DNA from: Propionibacterium freudenreichii subsp. freudenreichii
GTDB lineage: Bacteria > Actinomycetota > Actinomycetes > Propionibacteriales > Propionibacteriaceae
Direction of reading: 5' to 3'
DNA: 32,000 nucleotides
Assembly: GCF_000940845.1 (NCBI RefSeq)
Contig: NZ_CP010341.1
Location: 1,470,001-1,502,000 of the forward strand
Below the pieces are notes generated by a model. That model worked only from the letters and a program-made list of their open reading frames with translations, ran no database searches and was not told the DNA's origin. Of this stretch, positions 1 to 10,008 are shown one piece after another; within the stretch, counting starts at the first letter, position 1; every line of letters begins with the position of its first letter. A program made the position numbers and the translations under genes.

Positions 1-12
1 CATTTCTGCCAT
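1..12 (-). CDS. ilvC: Probable first 4 codons (MAEM...) of ketol-acid reductoisomerase; the gene runs off the window
   Basis: The minus strand reads AGGAG-ttagta-ATG GCA GAA ATG, 44 nt downstream of the ilvN stop. The SD spacing is good. The MAEM start and the ilvB-ilvN-ilvC order fit the usual actinobacterial arrangement. Only 12 nt are visible. Confidence 0.4.
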
Positions 13-56
13 TACTAACTCCTGATTTTGTTTGTTTTGACCGGGACTGCTTGCAC

Positions 57-584
57 TCAGGATGAATGCTTGGCCAGCGCCGGACGCTTCTTCTCATTGA
101 TGCTCTTGGAACCACGGTCCAAGGCCACCTGGCCGGATTGCACCAGCTCGATGATCCCGTAGGGGGTGAGCATCGTGGTGAGGGCAGCGATCTTCGACTG
201 CCCCCCGGTAACCTCCACGGTCACCGACTCCGGACTCACATCAACGACGTGGGCACGGAACAAATTAGCGAGATCGATGATGGCGGGGCGGTTGTGATCG
301 GTGCAGCGCACCTTCACCATCAACATCTCATGGTTGACGGCATCATCGCCGAGTTCCACGATCTTGTAGACCTCGATGAGCTTGTTGAGCTGCTTGACCA
401 CCTGCTCGGCCACCCGCTCATCGGCCATGTCCATGACGATGGTCATCCTGGACACGTCGGGATGCTCGGTGGTTCCCACGGCGAGTGACTCGATATTGAA
501 TCCACGACGCGAAATCAGGCCGGCCACCCTGGCCAGCACCCCGGAATGGTTGCTCACCAGCACGCTCAGTGTGTGTCTGCTCAC
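57..584 (-). CDS. ilvN: Acetolactate synthase small (regulatory) subunit
   Basis: The translation has an ACT-domain sequence typical of IlvN/IlvH ([34 protein letters not shown]...). The start is trimmed to the GTG at 584, which forms a GTGA overlap with the ilvB stop (581-583). ATG at 602 is an alternative. The track ORF 57..668 is over-extended. Confidence 0.9.
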   Translation of the reverse strand: MSRHTLSVLVSNHSGVLARVAGLISRRGFNIESLAVGTTEHPDVSRMTIVMDMADERVAEQVVKQLNKLIEVYKIVELGDDAVNHEMLMVKVRCTDHNRPAIIDLANLFRAHVVDVSPESVTVEVTGGQSKIAALTTMLTPYGIIELVQSGQVALDRGSKSINEKKRPALAKHSS

Positions 585-2341
585 AGCTCCTCCTCGTCCC
601 ATTCGGGAGCCATGTCCCGGGCAATCTTGATCTCGTCGTTGCTGACGCCGGCGGCGACCATCGGCCACACCATCGCGTCCTTCTCACACACGAACTCCAT
701 CACCACCGGGCGATCGTTGACCTCGGAGGCCTTCTTGAGCACCTCGGTGACCTCGTCGGGTGTCGTGGCACGCAGGCCCACGGCGCCCATGGCCTCGGCC
801 AGCATGGGGAAGTTCGGCAATTGATCGGAGTGGAGGTCGGTATTCGAGTAGCGGTGCTCGTAGAACAAGGACTGCCACTGGCGCACCATGCCAAGGGTGT
901 TGTTGTTGATGATTGCGATCTTGATCGGGATGTGGTTCACCGCACAAGTGGTGAGCTCCTGGTTGGTCATCTGGAAGCTCCCATCGCCGTCGATACCGAC
1001 CACGACCTTGTCGGGACGACCGACCTTGGCCCCCATGGCTGCGGGAACGCAGTAACCCATCGTCCCGGCGCCTCCGGAGGAGAGCCACTTGCCGGGCTTC
1101 TCGAACGGCAGGAAATGTGCCGCCCACATCTGGTGTTGGCCAACGCCGGTCACGAAGATGGTGTCATCCCCGAAGTGCTCGCCGATCCGCTTGATCACGT
1201 GCTGGGGACTGAGCTTGCCCGTGGTCGGCTCCTCCCACCCCACCGGGTAGCGGTGTTCCAGCCCGGTCACATAGTCGGTCCAGGTTGAGCGATCGACCTG
1301 CTTGGTCTCCTTCAGGTGCGAGGTGAGCTCCGCGAGCACCTTGCGTGCGTCACCCACGATCGGCACGGCCGCCGGAACGTTCTTCCCGATCTCCGCCGGA
1401 TCGATGTCGGCATGGATCACGGTGGCATGGGGCGCGAAGCTCGAGACCAGGCCGGTGACCCGATCATCGAACCGCGTACCGATCGCGATGAGCACATCGG
1501 CACGTTGGATGGCTCCCACGGCGGCGACTGTGCCATGCATGCCGGGCATGCCCAGGTTGAGGTCGCTCTCCTCCGGGAAGACCCCCCGCGCCGGAAGGGT
1601 TGTGGTCACCGGGATCCCCGTGACCTTCACGAACTCGGCCAACTCGTGGGCGGCCCGGGCGCGCACCACCCCACCGCCGACCAACAACAGGGGGCGTTCG
1701 GCCTTCGCGATCACCTTGGCGGCCTGGGCCAGCTGGCGGGCATGGGGGTTGGTCGTGGGCTTGTATCCGGGCAGCACAATCTTGTCGGGCCACACGAACT
1801 TCGCCAATGCCGTCATGGCGTCCTTCGAGACGTCCACCAGGACCGGACCCGGCCGTCCGGTGGACGCGATGTGGAAGGCGGTCTTGATCGCCGCGGGAAT
1901 GTCGGCCGCCTTGGTGATGAGGAAGTTGTGCTTGGTGATCGGCGTCGTGATGCCGCGGATGTCAGCTTCCTGGAAGGCATCAGTGCCGATGAAGGCAGAA
2001 TTGACCTGGCCGGTGATAGCCACCATCGGCACGGAGTCCAAGTAGGCATCCCCGATGGGGGTCACCAGGTTGGTCGCGCCCGGTCCCGAGGTGGCGATGC
2101 ACACGCCCACCTTTCCGGTGGCCAGCGCATAGCCCTCGGCGGCGTGGCCGCCGGCCTGCTCGTGACGTACTAGGACATGGCGAATGGGGGAATCGAAGAG
2201 CGGATCATAGAGCGGCAGCACGGCTCCTCCGGGAAGCCCGAATACCGTGTCAACACCCACCTTCTGCAGCGACTCGAGCAGAATCTGGGCACCAGTCATC
2301 ATGCCTGAACCCTGTTGCGAGGTTCGCTCCTGGTCCGCCAT
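581..2341 (-). CDS. ilvB: Acetolactate synthase large (catalytic) subunit, ThDP-dependent
   Basis: The full-length translation matches IlvB/AHAS ([23 protein letters not shown]..., [12 protein letters not shown]...). The start is set at ATG 2341, which is preceded by AAGGAGG (minus strand: gaAGGAGGatgcccATGgcg). The track ORF extends to 2449 through the leader. Confidence 0.93.
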   Translation of the reverse strand: MADQERTSQQGSGMMTGAQILLESLQKVGVDTVFGLPGGAVLPLYDPLFDSPIRHVLVRHEQAGGHAAEGYALATGKVGVCIATSGPGATNLVTPIGDAYLDSVPMVAITGQVNSAFIGTDAFQEADIRGITTPITKHNFLITKAADIPAAIKTAFHIASTGRPGPVLVDVSKDAMTALAKFVWPDKIVLPGYKPTTNPHARQLAQAAKVIAKAERPLLLVGGGVVRARAAHELAEFVKVTGIPVTTTLPARGVFPEESDLNLGMPGMHGTVAAVGAIQRADVLIAIGTRFDDRVTGLVSSFAPHATVIHADIDPAEIGKNVPAAVPIVGDARKVLAELTSHLKETKQVDRSTWTDYVTGLEHRYPVGWEEPTTGKLSPQHVIKRIGEHFGDDTIFVTGVGQHQMWAAHFLPFEKPGKWLSSGGAGTMGYCVPAAMGAKVGRPDKVVVGIDGDGSFQMTNQELTTCAVNHIPIKIAIINNNTLGMVRQWQSLFYEHRYSNTDLHSDQLPNFPMLAEAMGAVGLRATTPDEVTEVLKKASEVNDRPVVMEFVCEKDAMVWPMVAAGVSNDEIKIARDMAPEWDEEEL

Positions 2342-2639
2342 GGGCATCCTCCTTCGTATGGAATCGGAAGCATCTTCCGATCCGGCTCCCCTTGCCCGGA
2401 ACCAGCGAGTGCGCTGGTTCCGCCATGGCCGGTTCACAGGACCTTCCACTTCCCCGCTTCGTTGGTGCGACCAACGTCGCTGCCAAAGAAAAACCCTCGC
2501 TGCCTTACGGCATACGAGGGAGCGCTCCGTCCTACTTCAACGAAGCGCTAGGCAAGTACAAGAATTCGTCCTGCGAGCACGTAATGAACTATGGCAGTAC
2601 CTCGCGGCCCGTTCTGACAAGAGGGCCCATAGTCTCACA
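2342..2639 (-). promoter_or_regulatory. Structured ilvB 5' leader / intergenic regulatory region
   Basis: This is a roughly 300 nt non-coding gap upstream of ilvB, with lower GC at its 5' end. On the minus strand it carries four hairpins. The first is the terminator at 2485-2520. The others are a 7 bp stem at 2460-2476, a perfect 11 bp stem at 2397-2422 (CGGAACCAGCG/CGCTGGTTCCG), and an 8 bp stem at 2363-2381 abutting the SD. Confidence 0.5.
2485..2520 (-). terminator. Canonical Rho-independent terminator (or attenuator) between the membrane-protein gene and ilvB
   Basis: The minus strand reads CCCTCG-ta-TGCC-GTAA-GGCA-g-CGAGGG followed by TTTTTCTTT. That is a GC stem with a GNRA-type loop and a U-tract, which is rare in this GC-rich window. 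Confidence 0.6.
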
Positions 2640-3842
2640 TCATGAGACGCGTGGTCTCGCCATTCGAAGCATCCCGCCGCATTCGATCGTCATGAGGAGC
2701 ACCAGGATGCCCGCCCCCACGGCGCTGCCCCAACCCCACATCGTGGTGATCCACGCAAGCTTGCCCTGCACCAGGTCAATGGGCAGCAGGCATGTCCAGG
2801 CCGCCCATGCGAGGGTCGCGACGCGCCACGGCAGGCGTGGGGACGACAGGGCGACGAGCCCCGCCAGCAGGGCCGGTAGTCCCGCCAGGGCCCAATGGCC
2901 CGGCATCCCGATACTCAGGGCGAGGCAGACCGCAACCACTCCCAGCGAAAACCTCTCGTGTCGCCAGGCCCACGCAGCCACGCCCAACGCCAGCAGGAGC
3001 AGGGCAGCCCCGATCACCCAGCCGGCCCCACCTGCGCGGGCTCCCAGACTGGGATCGATCACCGGCCAGCCACCCAATCGGCCACCGAACAGCATCACCC
3101 AGAAGTCGGTCCCGTTCCATGGGGCGACCAGGAAGGCACAGCCACTGAGCAACACGACCACGGCCAGCGTGATCAGCCCCCGGCGCCGCATGGGTGCCGA
3201 TGATGTCCCGGGTCCTCCCGCGACGGCCGCAAGCGCCGCCGTGATCGGACCGATGCCGACGGCCGCTGCCAACCCCAACGCCAGGCCGGGGACCGGGGTG
3301 GACGGGCGGCGCGGCCACAGTCCAGCCACCATCAGCGCCAGCAGGACCAGGTCGATCGTGCCCAGCTGCATGCCGGATCGCACCGGAGCACACCCGAGCG
3401 CCAGGGCTGCCGCGCCGGCTGCGACGGCCGGACCCCCGGCCCGCGGCCAACAGCGACGGACGATCCAGCACAGGGCCATCGCGCCCGCTGCGAGGAACGC
3501 CAGCTGCCAGAAGAACCAGCTGCCCACGGTGATCGGGGCACCGAGCACCAATCCGGTCACGGACAGGGGGAAGGTCCCCGGTGCGCCGGCCTCGGTGATC
3601 CGGTAGACCGAATCGAGTGCCACCAGGCGGTGCTCGCCGAACCAGATGGCCCGCGCATACGGCATCACCGGGGCCCACGTCCCCCGGGCGGGGCCGGCGT
3701 GGAGACCCGTCAGGAGCAGCGAGACCGCAAGGGCCGGGCCGGCCGCCGCGCCCCACCAGACGACGGCCCGCAGGCCGCGCAGCCACCTCCTGGACGCCGG
3801 CGCGCCGGCGGGCGCAGCCGATGACCGGCCAGACAGCGCCAC
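2640..3842 (-). CDS. Polytopic integral membrane protein; possibly a GT-C / DUF2029 (GT87)-like glycosyltransferase (function uncertain)
   Basis: The 400 aa product is hydrophobic with roughly 10 or more predicted TM stretches rich in A/L/G/W. An N-terminal R-rich segment is followed by a TM helix. The GTG start lies 7 nt after the hisF stop. The family assignment comes only from general resemblance to actinobacterial polyprenol-dependent glycosyltransferases. Confidence 0.6.
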   Translation of the reverse strand: MALSGRSSAAPAGAPASRRWLRGLRAVVWWGAAAGPALAVSLLLTGLHAGPARGTWAPVMPYARAIWFGEHRLVALDSVYRITEAGAPGTFPLSVTGLVLGAPITVGSWFFWQLAFLAAGAMALCWIVRRCWPRAGGPAVAAGAAALALGCAPVRSGMQLGTIDLVLLALMVAGLWPRRPSTPVPGLALGLAAAVGIGPITAALAAVAGGPGTSSAPMRRRGLITLAVVVLLSGCAFLVAPWNGTDFWVMLFGGRLGGWPVIDPSLGARAGGAGWVIGAALLLLALGVAAWAWRHERFSLGVVAVCLALSIGMPGHWALAGLPALLAGLVALSSPRLPWRVATLAWAAWTCLLPIDLVQGKLAWITTMWGWGSAVGAGILVLLMTIECGGMLRMARPRVS

Positions 3843-3849
3843 GTCGGGA

Positions 3850-4614
3850 TCAGAGCCGAACCGGGAAACCGGCCTGGTCCAGTGCCTGCTTCACCTGGTT
3901 CACCGTGAGCTGCCCATAGTGGAAGACGCTGGCGGCGAGCACGGCATCGGCGCCAGCACGTACCGCTTCCACGAAGTGTTCGGCCCGACCCGCCCCACCC
4001 GAGGCGATCAGCGGAACGTCAATCACATTGCGCACCGCTTCGGTCATTTGGAGGTCGAATCCGTCCTCGGTGCCGTCGGCGTCCATGGAATTCAGGAGGA
4101 CCTCACCGCAGCCCCGTTCGACGGCTTCGCGCACCCACTCCAGGGCATCCATTCCCGCCGATCGGGTGCCCCCGTGCGTGGTGACGCCGTAGCCGGACGG
4201 CATACCGACCTCACGGCGGGCATCGAGGCTGAGGACGAGCACCTGGTTGCCGAAGCGCGTGGTGATCTCGTTGATCGATTCAGGCCTGGCGATCGCGCCG
4301 GTATTGATCCCGACCTTGTCAGCGCCGCAGCGCAGGAGCGCGTCGACGTCGTCAGGCTGGCGCACTCCCCCACCAACCGTCAGTGGGATGAAGACGGTCT
4401 CCGCGCAGCGGGTCACCATGTCGCGGGTGGTCTCGCGTCCCTCGGTGCTGGCCGAGATGTCGAGGAAAGTGAGTTCGTCGGCGCCCTGCACCCCATATGC
4501 CGCGGCCAGCTCGACCGGGTCGCCGGCATCGCGCAGGTGGGTGAAGTTCACGCCCTTGACCACCCGGCCGTCCTTGACGTCGAGGCATGGGATGACTCGG
4601 ATCGCGACGCTCAT
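3850..4614 (-). CDS. hisF: Imidazole glycerol phosphate synthase, cyclase subunit
   Basis: The translation [24 protein letters not shown]...[12 protein letters not shown]...IASGGAG is unmistakably HisF. The ATG at 4614 is preceded by TAGGGT plus 6 nt, suggesting a leaderless transcript. Confidence 0.95.
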   Translation of the reverse strand: MSVAIRVIPCLDVKDGRVVKGVNFTHLRDAGDPVELAAAYGVQGADELTFLDISASTEGRETTRDMVTRCAETVFIPLTVGGGVRQPDDVDALLRCGADKVGINTGAIARPESINEITTRFGNQVLVLSLDARREVGMPSGYGVTTHGGTRSAGMDALEWVREAVERGCGEVLLNSMDADGTEDGFDLQMTEAVRNVIDVPLIASGGAGRAEHFVEAVRAGADAVLAASVFHYGQLTVNQVKQALDQAGFPVRL

Positions 4615-4698
4615 GGCTAAACCCTAGCTTGCCGCGCTTGAATGGTTCCTGACAGTCCCACCGGCTGGTGGTGGCGAAGTCTGAGGAAGGGCGACAAC

Positions 4699-5715
4699 AT
4701 GGAATTTCGTTATCTGGGAAACTCCGGGCTGAAAATCAGCGAGATCACCTACGGCAACTGGCTCACCCACGGCGACCAAATCGACGACAAGGTGGCCATC
4801 GACTGCGTGCATGCCGCGCTCGACGCCGGAATCACCACTTTCGATACCGCCGACGTCTATGCCAATGGCAAGGCCGAGACCGTCCTGGGTGAGGCCTTGG
4901 CGGGGACCAGGCGTCAGTCCCTGGAGATCTTCACCAAGGTCTACTGGCCCACCGGACCCAAGGGACCCAACGATGTCGGCCTGTCGCGCAAGCACATCAT
5001 GGAGTCGATCGATGCCTCACTGGGGCGCCTTCGCACCGACTACGTGGACCTGTACCAGGCGCACCGCTTTGACTATGAGACCCCGCTCGAGGAGACGATG
5101 TTGGCCTTCGCCGACGTGGTGCGGGCCGGCAAGGCGCTCTACATCGGGGTGAGTGAGTGGACCGCTGAGCAGATTGAGGCCGGTTCGCGCCTGGCCCGGG
5201 AGCTGCACATCCCCCTGGTGAGCAACCAGCCGCACTACAACATGTTGTGGCGAGTGATTGAGCCGCGCGTCGTGCCGGTGTCCCGCACCCTGGGCCTGTC
5301 CCAGATCGTGTGGTCGCCGATGGAGCAGGGCCTGCTCACGGGCAAGTACCTGCCCGGCAAGCCGGTTCCCCCCAACAGTCGCGCGGCATCAAAGGTCGGT
5401 GCCGGGTTGGACAACCTCATCGAGCACGACCAGAAGACGGTCGAGCGCGTTCAGGGGCTGCGTCCGATCGCCGATGAACTCGGCATCACGATGGCCCAGC
5501 TGGCCATCGCCTGGGTGCTGCAGAACGACAATGTCGCGGCTGCGCTGGTGGGCGCATCGCGTCCCGAGCAGGTGACGAGCAATGTCGGGGCGAGCGGCGT
5601 GAAGATTCCGCCAGAGCTCATGTCGCGCATCGATGAGGTGCTGGGCGACTCGGTCCAGCGCGACCCCGAGCTGACCGTCACGACGAACCCACGCACTCGC
5701 CCCGGGTCCAACTGA
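4699..5715 (+). CDS. Aldo/keto reductase family oxidoreductase (Kv-beta/YajO-like)
   Basis: The product shows AKR hallmarks (MEFRYLGNSGLKISEITYGNW...FDTADVYANGKAETVLGEAL...YQAHRFD). The start is set at ATG 4699, preceded by GAGGAAGGG at a 7 nt spacing. The track ORF starts earlier, at 4642. Confidence 0.9.
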   Translation: MEFRYLGNSGLKISEITYGNWLTHGDQIDDKVAIDCVHAALDAGITTFDTADVYANGKAETVLGEALAGTRRQSLEIFTKVYWPTGPKGPNDVGLSRKHIMESIDASLGRLRTDYVDLYQAHRFDYETPLEETMLAFADVVRAGKALYIGVSEWTAEQIEAGSRLARELHIPLVSNQPHYNMLWRVIEPRVVPVSRTLGLSQIVWSPMEQGLLTGKYLPGKPVPPNSRAASKVGAGLDNLIEHDQKTVERVQGLRPIADELGITMAQLAIAWVLQNDNVAAALVGASRPEQVTSNVGASGVKIPPELMSRIDEVLGDSVQRDPELTVTTNPRTRPGSN

Positions 5716-5784
5716 CCCACCACGGATCGGCCCCACGCCCACCCGCCGCGAGGAGCCGCGGGCCGGTGAATGCCCGGTGGACGC

Positions 5785-6114
5785 CTACTGCCCCGGCATG
5801 TTGATCTCTGCCAGCGGTGCCCAGCCATCCTGATCGGTCTCAAGGCTGATGACGCTGGGACGGGTGGCCGCGTACTGGCCCTGCGTCGCCATGGCCTTCT
5901 TGAAGTGGTCGGACTCCACGTGCACCTTGCCGGCTGCACCATCCTTGTAGGCCTCGAGCAGGATGTACTGGTTGGGGTCGTCAACCGAACGTGACCACTC
6001 GAACCACAGGCAGCCCGGCTCGGCGCGACATGCCCGGGTGAACTCATCGACCAAGTCCATGAACTTGTCGGCGTACTCGGGCTTGACATCCCATTTCACG
6101 GTAATTGCGATCAT
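5785..6114 (-). CDS. Antibiotic-biosynthesis-monooxygenase (ABM) domain protein / putative quinol monooxygenase
   Basis: The 109 aa product MIAITVKWDVKPEYADKFMDLVDEF...YILLEAYKDGAAGKVHVESDHFKK has the typical ABM/YgiN ferredoxin-like fold sequence. The Arg-rich 5' extension of the track ORF to 6327 overlaps helY and is rejected. Confidence 0.75.
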   Translation of the reverse strand: MIAITVKWDVKPEYADKFMDLVDEFTRACRAEPGCLWFEWSRSVDDPNQYILLEAYKDGAAGKVHVESDHFKKAMATQGQYAATRPSVISLETDQDGWAPLAEINMPGQ

Positions 6115-6173
6115 GACTCCATCATGGCGCGCTCCCCGCGCATGGGCACGCATCACCACCACGGGAGATGGAC

Positions 6174-8975
6174 CTATTCGGGCTCGGCGGTCTCGAAGTC
6201 GACGATGTCGCGGCGCAGCAGGCCGATGACCGCCCGGCAGGTCCTGGCGAGGCCCGGTGAACCGAGCTCCGCCAATCCTGGGGCAGCACTGATCTGGCTC
6301 GCCAGATCGACCACCTGCCTGGTCCACCGGACGAAGTCGCCCGCCGTCAGCCCGAACTCACCGAGGATGTCGGCCAATGAAGCCCCTGAGGCCCATTGTG
6401 CCGCCGCGTCGGCAAAGCCGATATCAAGATCGCGCTGACGTTCCACGCGATGGTCGCGCTCGACCAGTCCGACCTCGCGCCACACCGAGCGGAGGGCTCG
6501 TTCGGCACGGGCGCTGGTGTCGTCGGGCATGCGGTGTCCGCCGGTGTCGGTGGCGCGAGCCTCGTAGACCATGGTGGACAGGACGGCCGCCAGCTGCGGT
6601 CCGTTGAGCTCGGCAAAGACCTTCTCCCTGATCGCCTGGGCGACCACGAGGTCGAGCTCACTGTAGATGCGCGTGAGCATTGTCCCCGCCGGGGTCACCT
6701 CGTCGGGGTGACTTGGGTCGAGATAGCCCAGGGCGTCCAGCACGGCACAGATCCGGTCGAACTGGGCCGCAATGGAATTGCGTCGATCTGCTGCACGGCG
6801 CTGGGTGACGTTGTTCTCGCGTTCCAGGCGCAGCGCCCGCTCCGCGGCGCGGGCATGGTCCTCGCGGTGGGGGCAGTCATGGCAGGGATGCGCCCGCAGC
6901 CGGGCGCGCAATTCGGAGATCTGGTGGCTGAGCTCGGCATCAAGGGGCGCCCGGGAGCGGCCGGCCTCGACGGACAGCCCCTCGATGCGGGCGTCCAGTG
7001 CTCGCGAGAGCGCCTTGCGCGCCGCCGCGGAGTGCCGGTCGAAACGCTTGGGGACCCGCACCTTGGCGGCCGTCACCGGGGCCGACTTGAATTGTTCGGG
7101 AGCGATGCGCACGATCTGGTGGTCCTCACCCATCACCAACGGATGCGGTTCGGGCTTCCCGGGCCGGGCGGGCTCGATGACCACGAGCCAGCCGGAGCGC
7201 TTGCCGGCGTCCAGGTGGATCACATCCCCGGGTTCCAGCCGACTCAGGCCATCCAGCACTGCAGCGCGCTGGTCCTGCTTGCGCAGGCGCGCCTGCTCGC
7301 GTTCCAGCTCGCGCACCTCATCGCGCAGCCGTGCGTAGCTGGCGAAATCTCCCCGGGAACAGTGTGCCTGCTGCCAGGCGTCGGCGATCTGACCGGCCAC
7401 GGCCACCCCTTGCCGCGCGGCCGCCACCACCTTGCGGTCCGCCTGGAACTGGGCAAAGCTCTGCTCCAGCAGTGATCGAGCCCGATCACGGCCGGCACTG
7501 CGCACCAGGTTGACGGCCATGTTGTAGTTGGGTGCGAAGCTCGAACGCAACGGATAGGTGCGCTTGGAGGCCAGCCCCGCGACCGCCCTGGGGTCCATGC
7601 CGGTTTGCCACAGCACCACCGCATGTCCCTCGGTGTCGATGCCGCGCCGCCCTGCGCGCCCGGTCAGCTGGGTGTATTCGCCCGGCGTGATGTCGGCATG
7701 GGTCTCCCCGTTGTACTTCACCAACCGTTCCAGCACCACGGTGCGGGCCGGCATGTTGATACCGAGCGCGAGCGTCTCCGTGGCGAAGACCACCTTGAGC
7801 CAGCCGCGGGTGAATCCCTCTTCGACGATCGCCTTGAACACGGGCAGCAGGCCGGCATGATGGGCCGCGATGCCCCGTGACAGCGCCTCGACGAAGTCAT
7901 TCCAGCCCAGGGCGGCCCGATCCGTCTCCGACAGGCTGGCGCCCTCACGCTGGGCGAGTTCGCGGAGCTGTGCGCGCTCGGTGCGGTCGGTCAGGCGCAC
8001 CCCGGAACGCAACAACTGGCGCACCGCGGCATCGCAGCCCTGGCGGGAGAAGACGAAGTAGATGGCGGGGACCAGGCCCGCCTTCTGCAGTGCGGTCACC
8101 ACCATGGCCCGACTCGGGGTCAGCCCGTGGGACTGGTGGCGGCGGTCTCCCACCCGTGAACTCGAGGCTCCGCCGAACTGGCCGGACCCGTAGGTGACGC
8201 GTCGCTTGCCACGGCCATTGCGCCCCCTGGGGCGGCGCGAGTCATCGCGTGTGGTGCGCGATTCCTGGCGCGCCAGCGCCGTGAGCTTGGGATTCACCGA
8301 GCGCCCGTCGCTGCCGAACAGGTCGTAGATCTCATGGTCGGCCATCACGTGCTGGTAGAGCGGCACCGGCCGCTTCTCCCAGACCACGATGTCGACATTC
8401 CCGCGGACGGTGTCGAGCCAGTCGCCGAACTCCTCGGCATTGCTGACGGTGGCCGACAGCGCCACGACCTGCACCGATTCGGCCAGGCCGAGGATCACTT
8501 CCTCCCAGACGGCGCCCCGGAAGCGGTCCGACAGATAGTGCACCTCGTCGAGCACCACATAGCTCAGCGTCTCCAGATCGGGAGACACTGCGTACAGCAT
8601 GTTGCGCAGTACCTCGGTGGTCATCACCACGATGGGTGCGTCACCATTGATCGTGACATCGCCGGTCAGCAGCCCCACATTGTCGGCGCCGTGGGCCGCC
8701 ACGAGGTCGTGGTACTTCTGGTTGCTCAGCGCCTTGATGGGCGTGGTGTAGAAGCACCGGCTGTGCTCGCGCACCGCCAGGAAGCATGCATATTCCCCGA
8801 TCACGGTCTTGCCCGAACCGGTCGGAGCGGCCACCAACACGCCGTGGCCCGCATCAATGCTCCCGCACGCCTGCACCTGGAAGGAGTCAAAGGAAAAGTC
8901 GTAGTGGCCGGCGAAGTCACGCAGATTCTCGCTCGGTGTCGCTTTGGCGGTCGACTCCGCATCGGCAGTATTCAC
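6174..8975 (-). CDS. helY: Ski2-like DEAD/DEAH-box ATP-dependent RNA helicase HelY
   Basis: The 933 aa product carries helicase motifs (APTGSGKT, DEVH, SAT, HHAGL) and a C-terminal DSHCT-like region. It lies in the conserved tatC neighbourhood. The GTG start at 8975 is preceded by TAGGCT plus 6 nt. Confidence 0.9.
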   Translation of the reverse strand: MNTADAESTAKATPSENLRDFAGHYDFSFDSFQVQACGSIDAGHGVLVAAPTGSGKTVIGEYACFLAVREHSRCFYTTPIKALSNQKYHDLVAAHGADNVGLLTGDVTINGDAPIVVMTTEVLRNMLYAVSPDLETLSYVVLDEVHYLSDRFRGAVWEEVILGLAESVQVVALSATVSNAEEFGDWLDTVRGNVDIVVWEKRPVPLYQHVMADHEIYDLFGSDGRSVNPKLTALARQESRTTRDDSRRPRGRNGRGKRRVTYGSGQFGGASSSRVGDRRHQSHGLTPSRAMVVTALQKAGLVPAIYFVFSRQGCDAAVRQLLRSGVRLTDRTERAQLRELAQREGASLSETDRAALGWNDFVEALSRGIAAHHAGLLPVFKAIVEEGFTRGWLKVVFATETLALGINMPARTVVLERLVKYNGETHADITPGEYTQLTGRAGRRGIDTEGHAVVLWQTGMDPRAVAGLASKRTYPLRSSFAPNYNMAVNLVRSAGRDRARSLLEQSFAQFQADRKVVAAARQGVAVAGQIADAWQQAHCSRGDFASYARLRDEVRELEREQARLRKQDQRAAVLDGLSRLEPGDVIHLDAGKRSGWLVVIEPARPGKPEPHPLVMGEDHQIVRIAPEQFKSAPVTAAKVRVPKRFDRHSAAARKALSRALDARIEGLSVEAGRSRAPLDAELSHQISELRARLRAHPCHDCPHREDHARAAERALRLERENNVTQRRAADRRNSIAAQFDRICAVLDALGYLDPSHPDEVTPAGTMLTRIYSELDLVVAQAIREKVFAELNGPQLAAVLSTMVYEARATDTGGHRMPDDTSARAERALRSVWREVGLVERDHRVERQRDLDIGFADAAAQWASGASLADILGEFGLTAGDFVRWTRQVVDLASQISAAPGLAELGSPGLARTCRAVIGLLRRDIVDFETAEPE

Positions 8976-9110
8976 ACCTCCAGCCTAGTGAGGCCCTCCG
9001 CATGCGCCCCGAACAGCCGTCCAGCCCACGATGGGACACCGCGGACCGTCACCATCGCGGGCAGCCGGCTCCCCCTCTCCCGCCACGCCCTGCCATGGCA
9101 GACTGGCGGC

Positions 9111-9968
9111 GTGACCTCCCCCCTTGCCCCCACCCCGACGGGGCGTCTGCGCGGGCGCCCCGGGATCTCGCTGGTGCTGTGCGACCTTGACGGCACCCTG
9201 CTCGATCCCGAATCGATGGTCTCGTCACGCACCCTTTCGACAATTGATGCCCTGCGCCGCCGCGGAGTCCACTTCGGCACGGCCAGCGGACGTGACCTGC
9301 GGTCTCTGGAGGCCCTGTTCGACCTGTGGGGCCTGACCGGGCTCGTCGACGTCGCGGTGGGCATGAATGGCGCCGACGTGGCAGACCTGCGCACCGGCCA
9401 GGTGGAGCGTGACTACCTGGTGCGCCCCGAGGTCTTCCGCGACATCATGGCGGTCTACGCCGACCTGCCGGTGAACTTCGCGGTGGTCGTCGACGGAACC
9501 TATGTGGCGGCGCATGACGATGGATTGCTCGATGCGCTGGCCGAGTCCGGACGCGTACGGACCGCCGTGGATCCCGGGCTCGTCGCCACGCTCGACCAGC
9601 CGCGCACCAAGCTGCATGTCATGTGCCACGCAGGGGACATGGCCCGTGTCGAACGCCGGGCGCAGCTCACCGATGCGACGCGCGCCACGGGGGTCAGGAC
9701 CGCCGACACCTTGTTCGAGTTCCAGTATCCCGGGATCAACAAGGCCGTCGGCATGCGCCGGGCCGCAGCGATGCTGGGCCTGGAGGCAGGTCGAGTCATG
9801 GCTTTCGGGGACGCCGAGAATGACGTCGAGATGCTCCACGAGGCCGCCGTGGGAGTCGCCATGGGCAATGCCCGCCCGGCCGTCCGACAGGTGGCGGACC
9901 ACGGCACCGCCACCAATGCCGACGATGGGGTCGCGGTCTTCCTGATGGACTGGTTCGGCCTGGACTAG
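9111..9968 (+). CDS. Cof-type HAD-IIB family phosphatase
   Basis: HAD motifs are present: LCDLDGTLL (motif I), TASGR (motif II) and FGDAENDVEML (motif IV). The start must lie upstream of motif I. The in-frame GTG at 9111 is preceded by CAGACT plus 6 nt. The upstream part of the track ORF (from 8334) is antisense to helY and is rejected. Confidence 0.8.
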   Translation: MTSPLAPTPTGRLRGRPGISLVLCDLDGTLLDPESMVSSRTLSTIDALRRRGVHFGTASGRDLRSLEALFDLWGLTGLVDVAVGMNGADVADLRTGQVERDYLVRPEVFRDIMAVYADLPVNFAVVVDGTYVAAHDDGLLDALAESGRVRTAVDPGLVATLDQPRTKLHVMCHAGDMARVERRAQLTDATRATGVRTADTLFEFQYPGINKAVGMRRAAAMLGLEAGRVMAFGDAENDVEMLHEAAVGVAMGNARPAVRQVADHGTATNADDGVAVFLMDWFGLD

Positions 9969-10008
9969 GACGTCCGGGCGCCATGGCGCCGCCAGAGGGT
10001 CTCCCCCG

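Noticed and set aside
8334-9110. The 5' part of the 544 aa track ORF precedes the Cof-HAD domain.
   Set aside because: This portion is antisense to helY and has junk composition. HAD motif I begins at about 9175, and a GTG with a -10 box is available at 9111.
9977-9990. GGCGCCATGGCGCC is a 14 nt perfect palindrome in the convergent Cof-HAD/lipid-kinase gap.
   Set aside because: It has no loop, so only a short and weak hairpin is possible. Such GC palindromes are frequent in this composition. It could be a weak terminator, but that is not supportable.
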